Counted from the first letter of the whole stretch, positions 12,333-24,101 are shown. The stretch: DNA of 62,296 nt, filler included, from Catajapyx aquilonaris (GCA_000934665.2; 3 parts of 3 records of this genome joined end to end with filler, not necessarily neighbours in it); one strand, 5' to 3'. Numbers and translations: made by a program. Notes: generated from the sequence alone by a model not told the origin.

Positions 12333-13838
12333 GACTTCCTTTGGGGCTGGCGATGCGGCCTGCTGACGTCTGAACGCCCTTCACTTATGCTCTGCACGAG
12401 AACAGTTGGTATAGTTTAATTGCGTCATGCGTCCGATCAAATAAGTCATATTCCTAGGATTTTTATTGGCCATTTTCAGACCTGAAGAGAATGAGTCGTT
12501 CGTACCATTTAATGGCTGCATAAAAGTTACGGTATTGACCAGAGATACCTTGGATTTAGGAGACGGGTTTCAGAACATCAACAGATAATATGTAATAATT
12601 ATAATTGGTCAGTATTAAACATTAGGCACTTGCCAATGATGTGATAATTAGACGTCTTATCTCATCCTCACGTCTATCACAATATTCGTATAATTTTTTA
12701 TGATTTCGGTGTGTAAATCAGCCAACTTGTGATACTTCAAAATGGCAAGGTCACGAAAGGTCAGCATCACCTCTTTATTTTTTTAATTGAGAATTTCAGC
12801 ATAATAATGATGTAACGAAATTTTTATTTTATGTCAACGAGTTTTTTCTTAAAAAATTAATTGTCACGAAGAAAAATCCAGGAAGCGTTTAAGCTCGAGA
12901 CAAGTTTCGTTTGATGCCGAAACGTTTTTAGTGATTATAAACAAACTCTTGAAAAATACAGAGTAAAATATTTATTATATTATTATTATTATTATTTATG
13001 AAGTGTTTACATACTAGTTTTGCGCACGAGTTCAGCACAGTCGCAAGCACCCAAGAGCAGGAAAAGTGGGAAGCTTATGCGCAGAAACATGTCTTTCCGG
13101 CTCTTCCTTCACGGCCAGACCCGCACTTCACTAGCACTTGAACATTGTAAAAGTGAGAGTTAATTTATGGCCTGATTGCATCATGGCTATGATGGTCAAA
13201 ACGTTCGCGAGATTGATATGGTGCCGCATATTCGCCATTTTCAAGACAGAAAAGAATTAGTCGTTCGCACCGTTTAATGATCCCGTAAAAATCATTGGCG
13301 ATTCATCCAGTAGCTGTTAGCACATTTAACGGCACTAATCTGCTTACTTTTAAGCAGTTAATTTTGCTGCTAGTGAGCTTACATTCACATGTGAAATGCA
13401 AGAAATTTTCTAGCTTCAATACTACAGTAATTACAAAAATAGGGCTTTATTCTGTATATAACATTTTTTCCATAAGGCCACGCGCTGCATCACCTGAGAC
13501 TCTGCTACAACATTAGTGTATAATCCGGCAGGTTGCATAATATAGTAATAGCATCAGAACAATAAACGGTGTCCATCAGAGTGTAAAGTGGAAGCGACAT
13601 ATCCGACCTCCAAATAGCAGCAATTTGGCATAACCTTGGCGTTAAATAATACAACAGGTTCGAGATAACCCATTTATTGAGACAAGCCTGCAGCCAGGCC
13701 ATTTCACGACTTTCGCGCACACCCAGCAGATTCCACTGCCCTCTAGTGAGGAGCGTCACAACACTTTGGCTTGGGTAAAATTAACGGATGGCAGAGGATT
13801 ATGGGAAAGGACAATCAGATGAGACACAGCAGAGTGAT

Positions 13839-15134
13839 CTAAGAGTGAGGGTAGTTCGGACTCGGACAGTGGTGTTGCGGAATCTTGGGGTAGGAACTGC
13901 AGGAACCTCTTCTGTGTTCACCGCGTATCCCGTTGCCACAAGGACTACAGGAAATGGTCACAACGGAAGGCGAGTCTGTCCTTCCAATGGCATTAACATC
14001 TTGTGCGAGAGTCAGCCTTGTTCTAATCCAGGAAGTCCCTCCCTTGGGGACAAATAGTTCTATGAAGGTGTCCCTGAATTCCTTGCTCATCGTGCAGTAG
14101 AGTACAAAGTTGATGGCACTGTTCAGCAGGACAATCACATCCAGAATTCTTGTCACGTAATAGTAGCAGTCGATATAGAATCCGTCGCCATATATCGCAG
14201 ACAGAAGAAGCAGAATTCCCTCCGGACACTCAGTGACTAGGAAGACAAAGAGGACCACCACCACCATTCTTGTAGTCCTCTCCATCTTGCGGTCCACCTC
14301 GGTGGTTGTCCCCATAATTGGACGGATGTTCCCCAATATGTCCCGCCTACTCCTCTTGCCCTGGACCAGCGCCCAGACCAACCTTAAGGTCAGGAAGGTC
14401 AGCAACAGGCACGGAATCAGCTTCACGAAGATGGCCGTGATGCACAAGGCGGCTATGATGGTGACTCCGAATTCCAGGGTGACACCGCTGTATAGTGACC
14501 GGACAATGTCATTTTCGTAATAAGACCCGCGATGTTCCACATGGTACACGTAGTAGAAAGGAGTGTGCATGATGGTGACACTCACATAGACGCTGACCAC
14601 TGTCCACTTGGCCCTGGTCTGACTGCACCACTCTTTACACCTGTTGGGCCAACACACAACGAGGTATCGCCACACTGCCAGGGTCACAGTCAGCCAGATG
14701 GACACGGCGTGTATCACCTGCATACAATACGGAAAGAAGTGCCAAACATGATCTAATTGCTTTTCTATTAATATAGCTAAAAAGCAGTAAGGGCTGCTTC
14801 ATACCTTATTGAAAATGCTGTTGAAGAGAGAGTAGGCAGACAAGGAGTATGACTTGGAGGTGCCACTCAGACCGTACTCCACTTTGTCCCCGATGGCAGC
14901 CTGGATGGCCGCAAAGGGCACGTAGGCCAGCAGCACCAGGATGTCCGAAAGGGCCAGTCCCACCAGGATGATGCTGGTGGGGGACGCCATCCTGGGCCTG
15001 GTCAACACAACGACGCACAGGACGTTGGACACGGAGCCCAATGAGCACATGGCAAGGGCCAGTGGAGGGTGGACCAGACCAGTGAACTTGTCTATCCGGA
15101 GCTTGAAGTCGCCTCCGCAATACTCGTACCTCAT
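13839..15134 (-). CDS. DmsR-like GPCR (copy D); exons 15134-14805, 14717-13839; ~402 aa
   Basis: Family motifs present; 87-nt phase-0 intron; an in-frame stop upstream of ATG 15134 supports the start. Confidence 0.9.
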
Positions 15135-15429
15135 TGTGCTGAGCCAGAATCGGTCGTCTTCTCAGCGAGGCCTGTGACCGGCGATTAAAATGCATCAGAA
15201 CAGCACGAAATATATCCGTATGACTCGAAGTGTGATTGGCTCCTCATACTTGAATAACAATTTGCACACAAAACGAATGAGCACAGTCCGTGAAGAACGG
15301 ACATGCCAATCACGTGTAGCGACAGCGTGACAAATACATCGACGCTTTATTATATTACGCCGCTTTTGAGCATGCTTCCATTATTGTAAGACGGCTTCAT
15401 GTTGAGGCACTTCTGACCGCCATTTGATT

Positions 15430-15855
15430 TGCTCCCACGTCAACTTGCCCACGATATATTGTTCACTCAAATTAACTGATGTGCAGACGCTATCATGTAA
15501 AAATAATTGCATAATGAGAATAGCGTCGGAACAATAAGCTGTGTCTATCGGAGTGAAAAGTGACATATCCCGCCATTTAAATATCAGCCATTTGGCATAA
15601 CCTTGGAGGACTATAATGTCACCTAATATGCACATAATCTCCTGATCCCCCAAGGTCACTGAGCGTCGTGGTCCAATAATACAACAGGTTCGAGACAACA
15701 AATTTATTGAGACCAGCCTGCAGCCAGGCCGTTTCACGACTTTCTCGCACACCAAACAGATTCCACTGCCCTCTAGTGAGGAGCGTCACAACAGTAAGTT
15801 CTAACAAGAACCACTGCTTACTGAAACCACTCACCAATCTTTGCCTTGGGTAAAG
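15430..15855 (-). repeat. Orphan copy of the GPCR 3'-flank/UTR sequence
   Basis: Homologous to 13530-13780 (3' of D), 18640-18850 (3' of E) and 6690-6830 (3' of B), but with no adjacent GPCR CDS. Confidence 0.7.
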
Positions 15856-16487
15856 TAGAAAGTAATGTGCAGGATATAAAATGTTAGTCTTGGTTGTACA
15901 GCACATGCCGTACGTTTACCAAGTAATTAGTACAATGGAAGGAGCCAGTGGAGAAAACAGAAAACTGGACACTTGGTGGTGCCTATGGCTACGCCGGGTG
16001 TGCTAACTGAAACAGAAATGGATTATTGTTAATGAAAATGGAAAGTGATTCGTCCTTAACAAAGGTTGATGATGATTCATATATGCAAAGGTTAATAAAC
16101 CAAACAAAAATAATATAGGACGGCAAGAGTACGAGATACCATCGAAACAATTACAACATGATATGGTGAATTTAGAAAATAGAAAGTGGAGATGAGGTAC
16201 TACAAGTGATTATTATGAGAGAGACCCATTGTCAAATGTCCCATTGTTATCAAATTTTACAAGTTATCTCCCTTCACTACCAGTGTCTTGCATAATTGCA
16301 GTAGTGATAGTACAGTAGTAATTTTTTGGTTAAAGCGTAAGCCATATATATCGTGACTGGAGGCCTCAATTCCTACGAAATACCTTACCAGAGAGAAGAT
16401 TAAGTATCACTAAATTAAAACCAACACAGTGTAGTATATCTGACCATTTAAACACTCGCAAGCTAACACCAGAAGTCAATTTATTAA

Positions 16488-16958
16488 CCCTTAACTACGT
16501 AGGTGGGTGAAACACCTTTAACTACGTAGGTGGAGCCTGAGAGGCTCCAACGGTATATTTAAATTTCTGCTTATCAACTAAATTGTTATATTGGACTTTT
16601 CACATACAGAAAGTGCAGTTCAGATCATTAGGCTTCCGATAACGTAAAAATCACACGCTGAGTCAGCATATTCCGACAGGGAAAAATTCTTAATTAAATG
16701 GTTACATCATGCTTGAGCCGCTCAGTCTTCACCTGCATAGGTAGAGCCAGTATAGAGTCCAGGAGGGACCTGTTCCTCGTTACGAATTTTTTTAAACCAA
16801 ACAATAGGGACTAAAAAAATTTTTCTTTCCTTTTCATGCTTAGGAAGGTTTGTCTGACAAAGTCACGGAAGGACAGGGGAAAATAAAATTCGATAAAAAA
16901 GTTACATGCGTTTAAATAGTGCTTGGAGCCTCTCAGGCTCCACCTACGTAGTTAAGGG
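16488..16958. mobile_element. piggyBac-like MITE
   Basis: TTAA TSDs at 16484-16487 and 16959-16962. TIR CCCTTAACTACGTAGGTGG plus subterminal GGAGCCTGAGAGGCTCCAA palindromes. Confidence 0.9.
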
Positions 16959-17401
16959 TTAAAAGAACCTTCGTCATTATAATTTTGTTAACAAAGGTAT
17001 ATATGGTATATCAGCTGCATAAAAGTTACGGTATTGACCAGAGATCAAGCCAGAGATATACCTTGGATTTAGGAGACTGGTTTCAGAACATCAACAGATA
17101 ATATGCAATTATTATTGGTATTAAACACTTGTCGTTTTCCAATGATGTGATAATTAGACGTCTTATATCATCCTCACAAAAAGACACTCGTATGTAATAA
17201 GTAATCGCTCATGAATATGAGCAAGACTCAAGTAATGTGATCATGTCTACAATATTTCCTGTAAGAGTGGTGTCCCCAAAAATATTAGACGCAATGAATC
17301 CCGTAATTGCAAAATTGAACGTATTCGGACTTTATTTTTTGAAAGCTTATAATTGCATCGCTTCTGCTCTCTTCCTTGTTGGACACTTCCGATGAAAATG
17401 G

Positions 17402-18196
17402 TCAAGCGCGGAAGATGACCACTAGTCCTGGAACCTCCTCCTGGAACGGAACGATCTCTCCTTCTTGCTGGAGGGCTGTACAATAATGGTTCATATTAAA
17501 TGGATGAAGCATGTACACAGAGTAATAGTGAAGTGTACGTACCCAGGAAGACCTTGAGGATGGCTACATCGTCCAGTATGTTGAAGAGGCTCTTCTTCAG
17601 GCTCTCCAAGGTGATCTGCTCCGTCTCGCCAGTCTCCTCGTCTCTCTCCCATATCTTGCGTATGACCCGCAGCACCATCTCCCTCGCATTTTGGTTATTC
17701 GGAGGAGGAGGACGAGGAGGTTCCCGGTAGCAGTGGCAAGGCTTAGGTGGGGGCTGCCATTGTTCTTCGATAGGCTTACATGGTCCGGTTCTCACCGGCT
17801 TCTTGAACACCCTACGCACTGCAAATCAAAAGTGCGTAAAAACACGCAGCCGATGCATAATTGCCCGCATTTATGCACGAGGTAAATAAATTTACACACC
17901 AAAATGGAACAAATGCAGGTGCATGCATGTGTGGAATAAAACTATTCAGGCATTGCTCAGTGCAAAGAGCAGTGTGTGCCGATACCAGCATTCCGTGGTT
18001 AATGGCAGCATCGCATTGTGAGCTTACTGGTAAAACTGAGAGCGGGTTAATAATCGCGTAGCTAGCCAAAACATTTTTCTTGACAAGTGAATTTTTATTA
18101 ATATATAATAAATATTTACATACCCGCCTTCCTTATGAGTAGAGCGTCGCAAGTGACCAACACCAGGAGAACAGCGAATTGTATGCGCAGATACAT
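17402..18196 (-). CDS. Small secreted Pro/Cys-rich protein, copy 2 (140 aa); exons 18196-18124, 17818-17543, 17475-17402
   Basis: Signal-like MYLRIQFAVLLVLVTCDA, then LLIRKAVRRVFKKPVRTGPCKPIEEQWQPPPKPCHC. Phase-1 introns as in copy 1; last exon encodes the same peptide. Confidence 0.82.
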
Positions 18197-18557
18197 GACT
18201 TCGTTTGGGGCAGGCGATGCGGCCTGCTGACGTCTGAAAGCCCTTCACTTACGCTCTGCACGAGAATAGTTGGTACAGTTTAATTGCGTCATGCATCCGA
18301 TCAAATAGTCATATTCCTAGGATGTCTGGATTTTTATTGGCCATTTTCAGACCTGAAGAGAATGAGTCGTTCGTACCATTTTATGGCTGCATAAAAGTTA
18401 CGCTATTGACCAGAGATACCTTGGATTTAGGAGACGGGCTTCAGAACATCAACGGATAATATGCAATTATTGGTATTAAGCATTTGGCGCTTGCCAATGA
18501 CGTGATAAATAGACGTCTTATCTCATCCTCACAAAGAGACACTCGTGTAATAAGTAA

Positions 18558-18645
18558 GTCAGGAAGGTCAGCAACAGGCACGGAACCAACTTGTTTTTAT
18601 GCTGCATGACAACATTGTGAGGGTTGACCTCCTGATGTCATCCTC
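18558..18645 (-). pseudogene. Tiny deleted remnant of a GPCR exon 2
   Basis: 18558-18592 nearly matches GPCR-D 14389-14423 (KLVPCLLLTFLT). The adjacent EDDIRRS resembles ECL2 ENDIVRS/EMDLRRS. Confidence 0.6.
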
Positions 18646-18969
18646 CTGATCCCCCAAGGTCACTGATGGTCGTGGTCCAATAATACAACAGGTTCGAGAC
18701 AACCCATTTATTGAGACCAGCCTGCAGCAAGGCCGCTTCACGACTTTCTCGCGTACCCAACAGATTCCGCTGCTCTCTATAGTGAGGAGCGTCACAACAG
18801 TAAGTTCTAACAAGAACCACTGCTTATTGAAACCCCTTTTGACTTGGGTAAAGTTAATGGGTGGCAGAGGATTATGGGAAAGGACCGATCAGACACAGCA
18901 AAGTGATTTATTTAAGGCGAGGGAAATTTGGACCCCGACGGTGATGGAGTAGGAACTGCACGAACCGTT

Positions 18970-19785
18970 CTAGCCTCTTTTGTGTTCACTGCAGGGCCCG
19001 TTGTCACAAGGACTGCAGGAAATGGTCACAATGGAAGGCGAGTCTGTACTTCCAATTGCACCATCAACATCTTGTGCACGATTCAATCTTTTTCTAATCC
19101 AGGAAGTGCTGGTCCCAAGGGAGTATACTCTCTTGGGAACAAACAGTTGTCTGAAGGTGTCCCTGAATTCCTTGCTCATCGTGCAGTAGAGAACAAAGTT
19201 GATGGCACTGACCAGCAGGACAGTCACATTCAGAATTCTTGTCATGTAATGGTAGCAGTCGTTGAAGTAGCCGAATCCCCTGATGGCGACCAGAAGAGTC
19301 AGAATTCCTCCTGGGAACTCGGCGACCAAAAAGACAAAGAGGACCACCACCACCATCCTTGTGGTCCTCTCCATCTTTCGGTCCACCTCGGTGATGTTCC
19401 TCAATATGTCCCTCCTCCTCCTCTTGGCCTCGACCAGTGTCCAGACCAGCCTCAACGTCAGAATTGCCAGCATCACGCACGGAACCAGCTTCATCAAGAT
19501 GGCCGTTATGTAGAAGGTGGCTATGACTGTGACTCCAAACTCATGGGTGACATCGTTGTTCATTAACGGGGCATAGTAATTTCCGTAATAAGACCCGCGA
19601 GGTTTTATTTGGTAGATATAGTGGTAAGGAGTGTGCAGGATGGCCACAGTGACAAACACGCTGACCACTGTCCACTTGGCCCTGGTCTGGCTGCACCACT
19701 CTTTACACCTGCTGGGCCAACACACAACAAGGTATCGCCACACTGCCAGGGTCACGGTCAGCCAGATGGACACTGCGTGCATCAC
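18970..19785 (-). CDS. DmsR-like GPCR (copy E), exon 2 only (TM3-TM7); exon 1 not in this contig
   Basis: Intact 272-codon exon after acceptor CAG at 19786-19788; very similar to copy D. Confidence 0.8.
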   Translation of the reverse strand: MMHAVSIWLTVTLAVWRYLVVCWPSRCKEWCSQTRAKWTVVSVFVTVAILHTPYHYIYQIKPRGSYYGNYYAPLMNNDVTHEFGVTVIATFYITAILMKLVPCVMLAILTLRLVWTLVEAKRRRRDILRNITEVDRKMERTTRMVVVVLFVFLVAEFPGGILTLLVAIRGFGYFNDCYHYMTRILNVTVLLVSAINFVLYCTMSKEFRDTFRQLFVPKRVYSLGTSTSWIRKRLNRAQDVDGAIGSTDSPSIVTISCSPCDNGPCSEHKRG

Positions 19786-19814
19786 CTGTAGACACGGAAA
19801 GAGAAGTCAAACTT

Positions 19815-19935
19815 TATCTGTAATATTAAAATCCTTCGTTGCATGTATAAGCATTCTGATTGGTCCTGGGCATATTGTTGTTACCGCAACGCTTCCTATT
19901 GGCCTCCGTTCCGCGATGCACAATGGGAGGAATAA
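19815..19935 (+). mobile_element. 5' part of the same repeat family as 4330-4815, in the GPCR-E intron
   Basis: TATCTGTAATATTAAAATC...GATTGGTCC...CATATTGTT...CAATGGG shared with 4330-4437. Confidence 0.5.
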
Positions 19936-20705
19936 CTCCTCAGTAGCTAGCTAACTTCCGTCGAGTTAACAATACGTGTCGCCTCTCTCGTCACATCAAC
20001 CCTTCCTCAGGTTGTTCCATCCACACCTGAACCACACCCGTCCCTCTCTTATAGTGTAGGTACTATTATTGTTGTTGGCCTGTTGGCCAGTTGACAGCTT
20101 TAAATAAGATTTAATAAATAAATAAAAATTCTGTAGATCTGTAGTTTGTCTTCTGGAAAAGTGTGTTACATTTCTTTCTGCCATAAAAATTGACATTTCT
20201 GGTGGCCTTTCTTTGTCTTAGCCATGCACGGATAATCCGCACCTGGATAGTCGGGAATACAGTGTATATGTTAGGTTCAAACCCAGAAAACGGCCATATT
20301 GGGCAAAAAAAACAGCAAGACCGCGGAATGCCCATTTTCAAACCACCCACTCCGCGGAGTGGTCGTTTCAAAACGGCCAGACCCCGAAATGCTCTTTATA
20401 AAAAGGCCAGAACGCTTTCTGGACTAAACTAAAATGTCAGGACGCAAATTTCGTGTCGTGATGGCTACTTCAGTAAGGCCCAAAGCGACGTGTGGCAGTT
20501 TCTTGTTCCCAACTACGCCAAGGACCCTACGGGGTGTCCCACTACTTACTTTACCAAGCATTTTAAAAATAACTTTAAATCCATTGAAGATTTCGAAGGG
20601 ACTTTGGCCATCAAGGCCGGTATCCACGTACGAGATTCTCGCATACGAGGAGCCGCGAGGAGCCAACTGCGCATGCCCAGATACGAGAGAGTTGAAAATT
20701 TGCAA

Positions 20706-20805
20706 NNNNNNNNNNNNNNNNNNNNNNNNNNNNNNNNNNNNNNNNNNNNTTAATTAATTAANNNNNNNNNNNNNNNNNNNNNNNNNNNNNNNNNNNNNNN
20801 NNNNN
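20706..20805. other. Artificial contig-joining spacer
   Basis: 44 N + TTAATTAATTAA (stops in all six frames) + 44 N. Confidence 0.97.
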
Positions 20806-21822
20806 TGTCCTTTTTTATTTGCAGCCACCTGGCGGCATTTTGCCGAAGCACTTGGATTCGGCATCGGCTCGCCAACCTAGATGTGGATAAGGAAATTATG
20901 CCTCCTCCCGCCGAAAATGGTGCTCAGATCTAAATTTGAAAGCAAACCTTATATTAATTTAAATTTTTATCATGTTCTGCATAATCTATTAGCAAATATC
21001 TACGGTTTTACATAGTTTAAATTTCCGGTATGTGTCTGCTACGGTTGGCTAGTTAAAATGTGTGAGCTGGCAACCTTGTTTGGGGAGAAACGATTCCGAA
21101 TCGTCTGTCAGAAGCACGTGAGTTGAAGAAGAGAAGGTTCAGGGCGGTTGTGGGTTCGATTCCTGGAACGTAAAAAAGAAAAGGAATTGATCCCCGGGTC
21201 AAAGGTCAGGTCGGGCCCTGGGTTGAGACTAGGGGCGAGCACCACCGGGCGAGTCTATCGACACATGTGACTCATATCGATACTGGACCGAAGAATATCG
21301 ACGAGGTGTGCAGTCCGGCGTGCAGTCTCTGCACACGTTCGCCTCTTCCGGCCTCGTCTGTCACGACGTCACGAGCTGTTCCCTCTGGCCCACAGGCCCA
21401 GGCCGCATTCCGTAGCTGATTCGACTCCGGATAGAAGCAGAAGCAGGGAAGGCAGTGGCAGTAGTTCGACTTGTCCTGACATTCATAGGAATGGAGCCTT
21501 CCGGCGTTCCGGTATTCGAACGAGGACTAATCCCAAATCACGTGTCCCACGTCCAGGTAAATATGCGGGTGTTAAACGGTGGGCCGGTACTTGAGGATAG
21601 GACCAGCCTTTTGAATACAAGAGAACCGAATCAGATATCATTTGTGGCCCACCCTGCTGATGTAACCCTTTGGGGCCTTACAGTCAATGGCTGGACCGGG
21701 CTGGACAGTCTTTTATGAGTTTTTTATACATGACGCTAAATATCAGGTACATGTTGGAACACATTCAGCGGTGTGCTCTAGAAGCAGCCTGTGCCAAAGG
21801 GGACCCCTCCGCTCTTTACAGT

Positions 21823-21969
21823 AATGTACCGAAAATGAGAGAAAGATCTGACGTCATCATTGTTTCCCTGGAAATACTCTCGCAGAACAATACGAGTAAA
21901 CAGTGTCAACAAAAAGCAACACTGGAAGAAACTATGACGTCAGATCCTTCTCTTGTTTTCCATACATTA
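21823..21969. mobile_element. Short palindromic MITE
   Basis: TAATGTA..AAAATGAGAGAAAGATCTGACGTCAT pairs with ATGACGTCAGATCCTTCTCTTGTTTTCCATACATTA. Confidence 0.65.
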
Positions 21970-21987
21970 GATATACTTAACCCTCAT

Positions 21988-22576
21988 AACCAAAGTAACT
22001 CTTCTTACCCTCCTGAATTTTGAAAATTTTTGGATTTTTGGATTTTTACATTCTGCTTGGCCTATAGTGTTGAGAAAACATCACCTCCGCTGCTGATTTC
22101 CACGTTAGCAGGGTGAAAATACAGCCAAAAGGCGATCTTCCGAAGCCACAACACCTAGCTGTATCCGGTTGCGAGTCGCCGGTCCCGGCTGCCCAGTCGC
22201 CTTTCACCTCGCGTCTGTAGCGCTCTCCGGTGCCGCGAAGGAGAAGGGCCATCTCGCACGCTTTGAAGGCGATTATAACAATGAAGAGCCTTGGAGTCCT
22301 GGCTCTCCATTTTATAATTTGCCTTCGACTTGAAAGCGTGCAAGATGACCCTTCTCCTTCGCGGCACCGGAGAGTGCTACAGACTCGCTGTGAAAGGCGA
22401 CTCGCGACCGGATGCAGGTGTTGTGGCTTCGGAATATTGCCTTTTGGCTGTATTTGCACCCTGCTAACGTGGAAATTAGCGGCGCAGGTGATGTTTTCTC
22501 AGCATTCTAAGCCAAGCAGAATGATAAAATCCAAAAATTCTCAAAATTCAGGAGGGTAAGAAGAGTTACTTTGGTT
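21988..22576. mobile_element. ~590-bp foldback element
   Basis: AACCAAAGTAACTCTTCTTACCCTCCTGAATTTT at both ends in inverted orientation; arms complementary over more than 250 bp. Confidence 0.85.
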
Positions 22577-22606
22577 GTCAGTATGAAACGCAGCCCCCCT
22601 TCACTC

Positions 22607-22968
22607 CCTATACCAGTCCATTGCTACCCCCTTGAACTTCGCTGATCTCCCCCACTGAGGGGGGTTGGCCACTGTTGGCGCTAGAGTCAAGTGCCAGTCC
22701 AGGTGGCACCTTACCTGGCGGGGAAATTCTGAACCATCAGGTTCGACTCCAATTGGCCTGAAAGGCCTCATGATGTGGAGAGCCATGTTGTGGCCCAAGG
22801 AGGCCTTTAAGACTCCAGCCAATCGGAGTCGACCATAATGGTTCAGAATTGCCCCGCTAGGTAAGGTGCCACCTGTCCTGGCGCTTGACTCAAGCGCCGA
22901 CCGTGCCCAATCCCCCTCGGTGGGGGAGATCTGGTAAGCTCACCGGGGTAGCAATGGACTGGTATAGG
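22607..22968. mobile_element. Foldback MITE
   Basis: TIR CCTATACCAGTCCATTGCTACCCC / GGGGTAGCAATGGACTGGTATAGG, with further internal complementarity. Confidence 0.8.
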
Positions 22969-23340
22969 ACCCAACTTCACTGATTTTGACCTTCAATAGA
23001 CTCTGACCTATTGCTTTCCACTAGATGATGTCTATGCCACTAGGTGTTATAATGGTGCCCTATGAGCATCATAAACTGAGAAACTCTAAATGGAGCAATC
23101 ACGCAGATATGCAGTTTTTAGTCTCTCCTGAAAAATTTCACCTCGTTGAGTTGGGCCCTTTGGCAAGTAACGTCTTCAATTATTACATGGGTCATTTTTG
23201 CTTTCTACTCTGCCATTATGCATGTCACTCCATGAATTTGCTGTGGATGATTGGGGTCAGGAAAAAACGCGTTGCTAACTTCAAACGTGGGGTCCTTTTT
23301 TGGACCCCAAGACGACTAGTGAGCATTTTAATGACATTAA

Positions 23341-24101
23341 GGCCCGTATTCATAATGGAATTCTAATGCAGGGTCGGGGTTGAACTCGGGGTTGAGGCGG
23401 AGGATGGTCATCACTTGCTATTTGGTCCAATAGTCAGCTCATTTACAGGCGTATATTTTACAATATACTGCAAAGTTGGGTAACAATAATGGCTAGTGAT
23501 GGGTCTGAGATCAAAAGTGGCCAAGTCTACTGCAGCAATTATATATTTTAATGTCATTGGGTGTTAACAAAAGTTATTAGCTCTTCGTATTAATTACACA
23601 TTTGCGTATATGTAGCAGAGCTATGCGGCAACGTAATTATGGTCGTACAAGATTGTACCAGTGGAAGTTAGTAGCGTAGTTAGCAGTTAGTAGTAAGTTA
23701 GTATAAGTTAGGGTGGAATTTTTGTCGTACTTCTATAGTTACTTGTAACTTAGCAGTAACTAGTAGTATGACGAAAATTCCACCGTTCGAAATTAAATGG
23801 TAAGTTAGTCATCAGTTATTTTCACTCATTTGCCAAGCACAGGGCCGTTTCGTGACCCGCCCGCGTGAGAGTGCTAGCGCCGCGTCCGATACGGTACGGT
23901 ATTGGGTAGTGTGACGTCACGAAATGTATGCCTGTTTCCAAGCCTGGTAAGCCCTGGGGTTGAAACGCAGAGTCGACTCAACCCTGCGGATGTTCGACAT
24001 TATGCATACGGATCGGGCTCAACCCCCGGGTTAACCCCAACCCGCTCTCAACCCGGGGTTCCTCAACCCCGGGTTGAGAATGTGCATTATGAATATGGGC
24101 C
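23341..24101. mobile_element. PIF/Harbinger (Tourist-like) MITE
   Basis: TIR GGCCC(G/A)TATTCATAATG; TAA target-site duplication on both sides. Confidence 0.8.

Noticed and set aside
22046..22559. Mirror-image ORFs on both strands (also 9998-10540 and 40079-41028)
   Set aside because: Consequence of palindromic MITEs.
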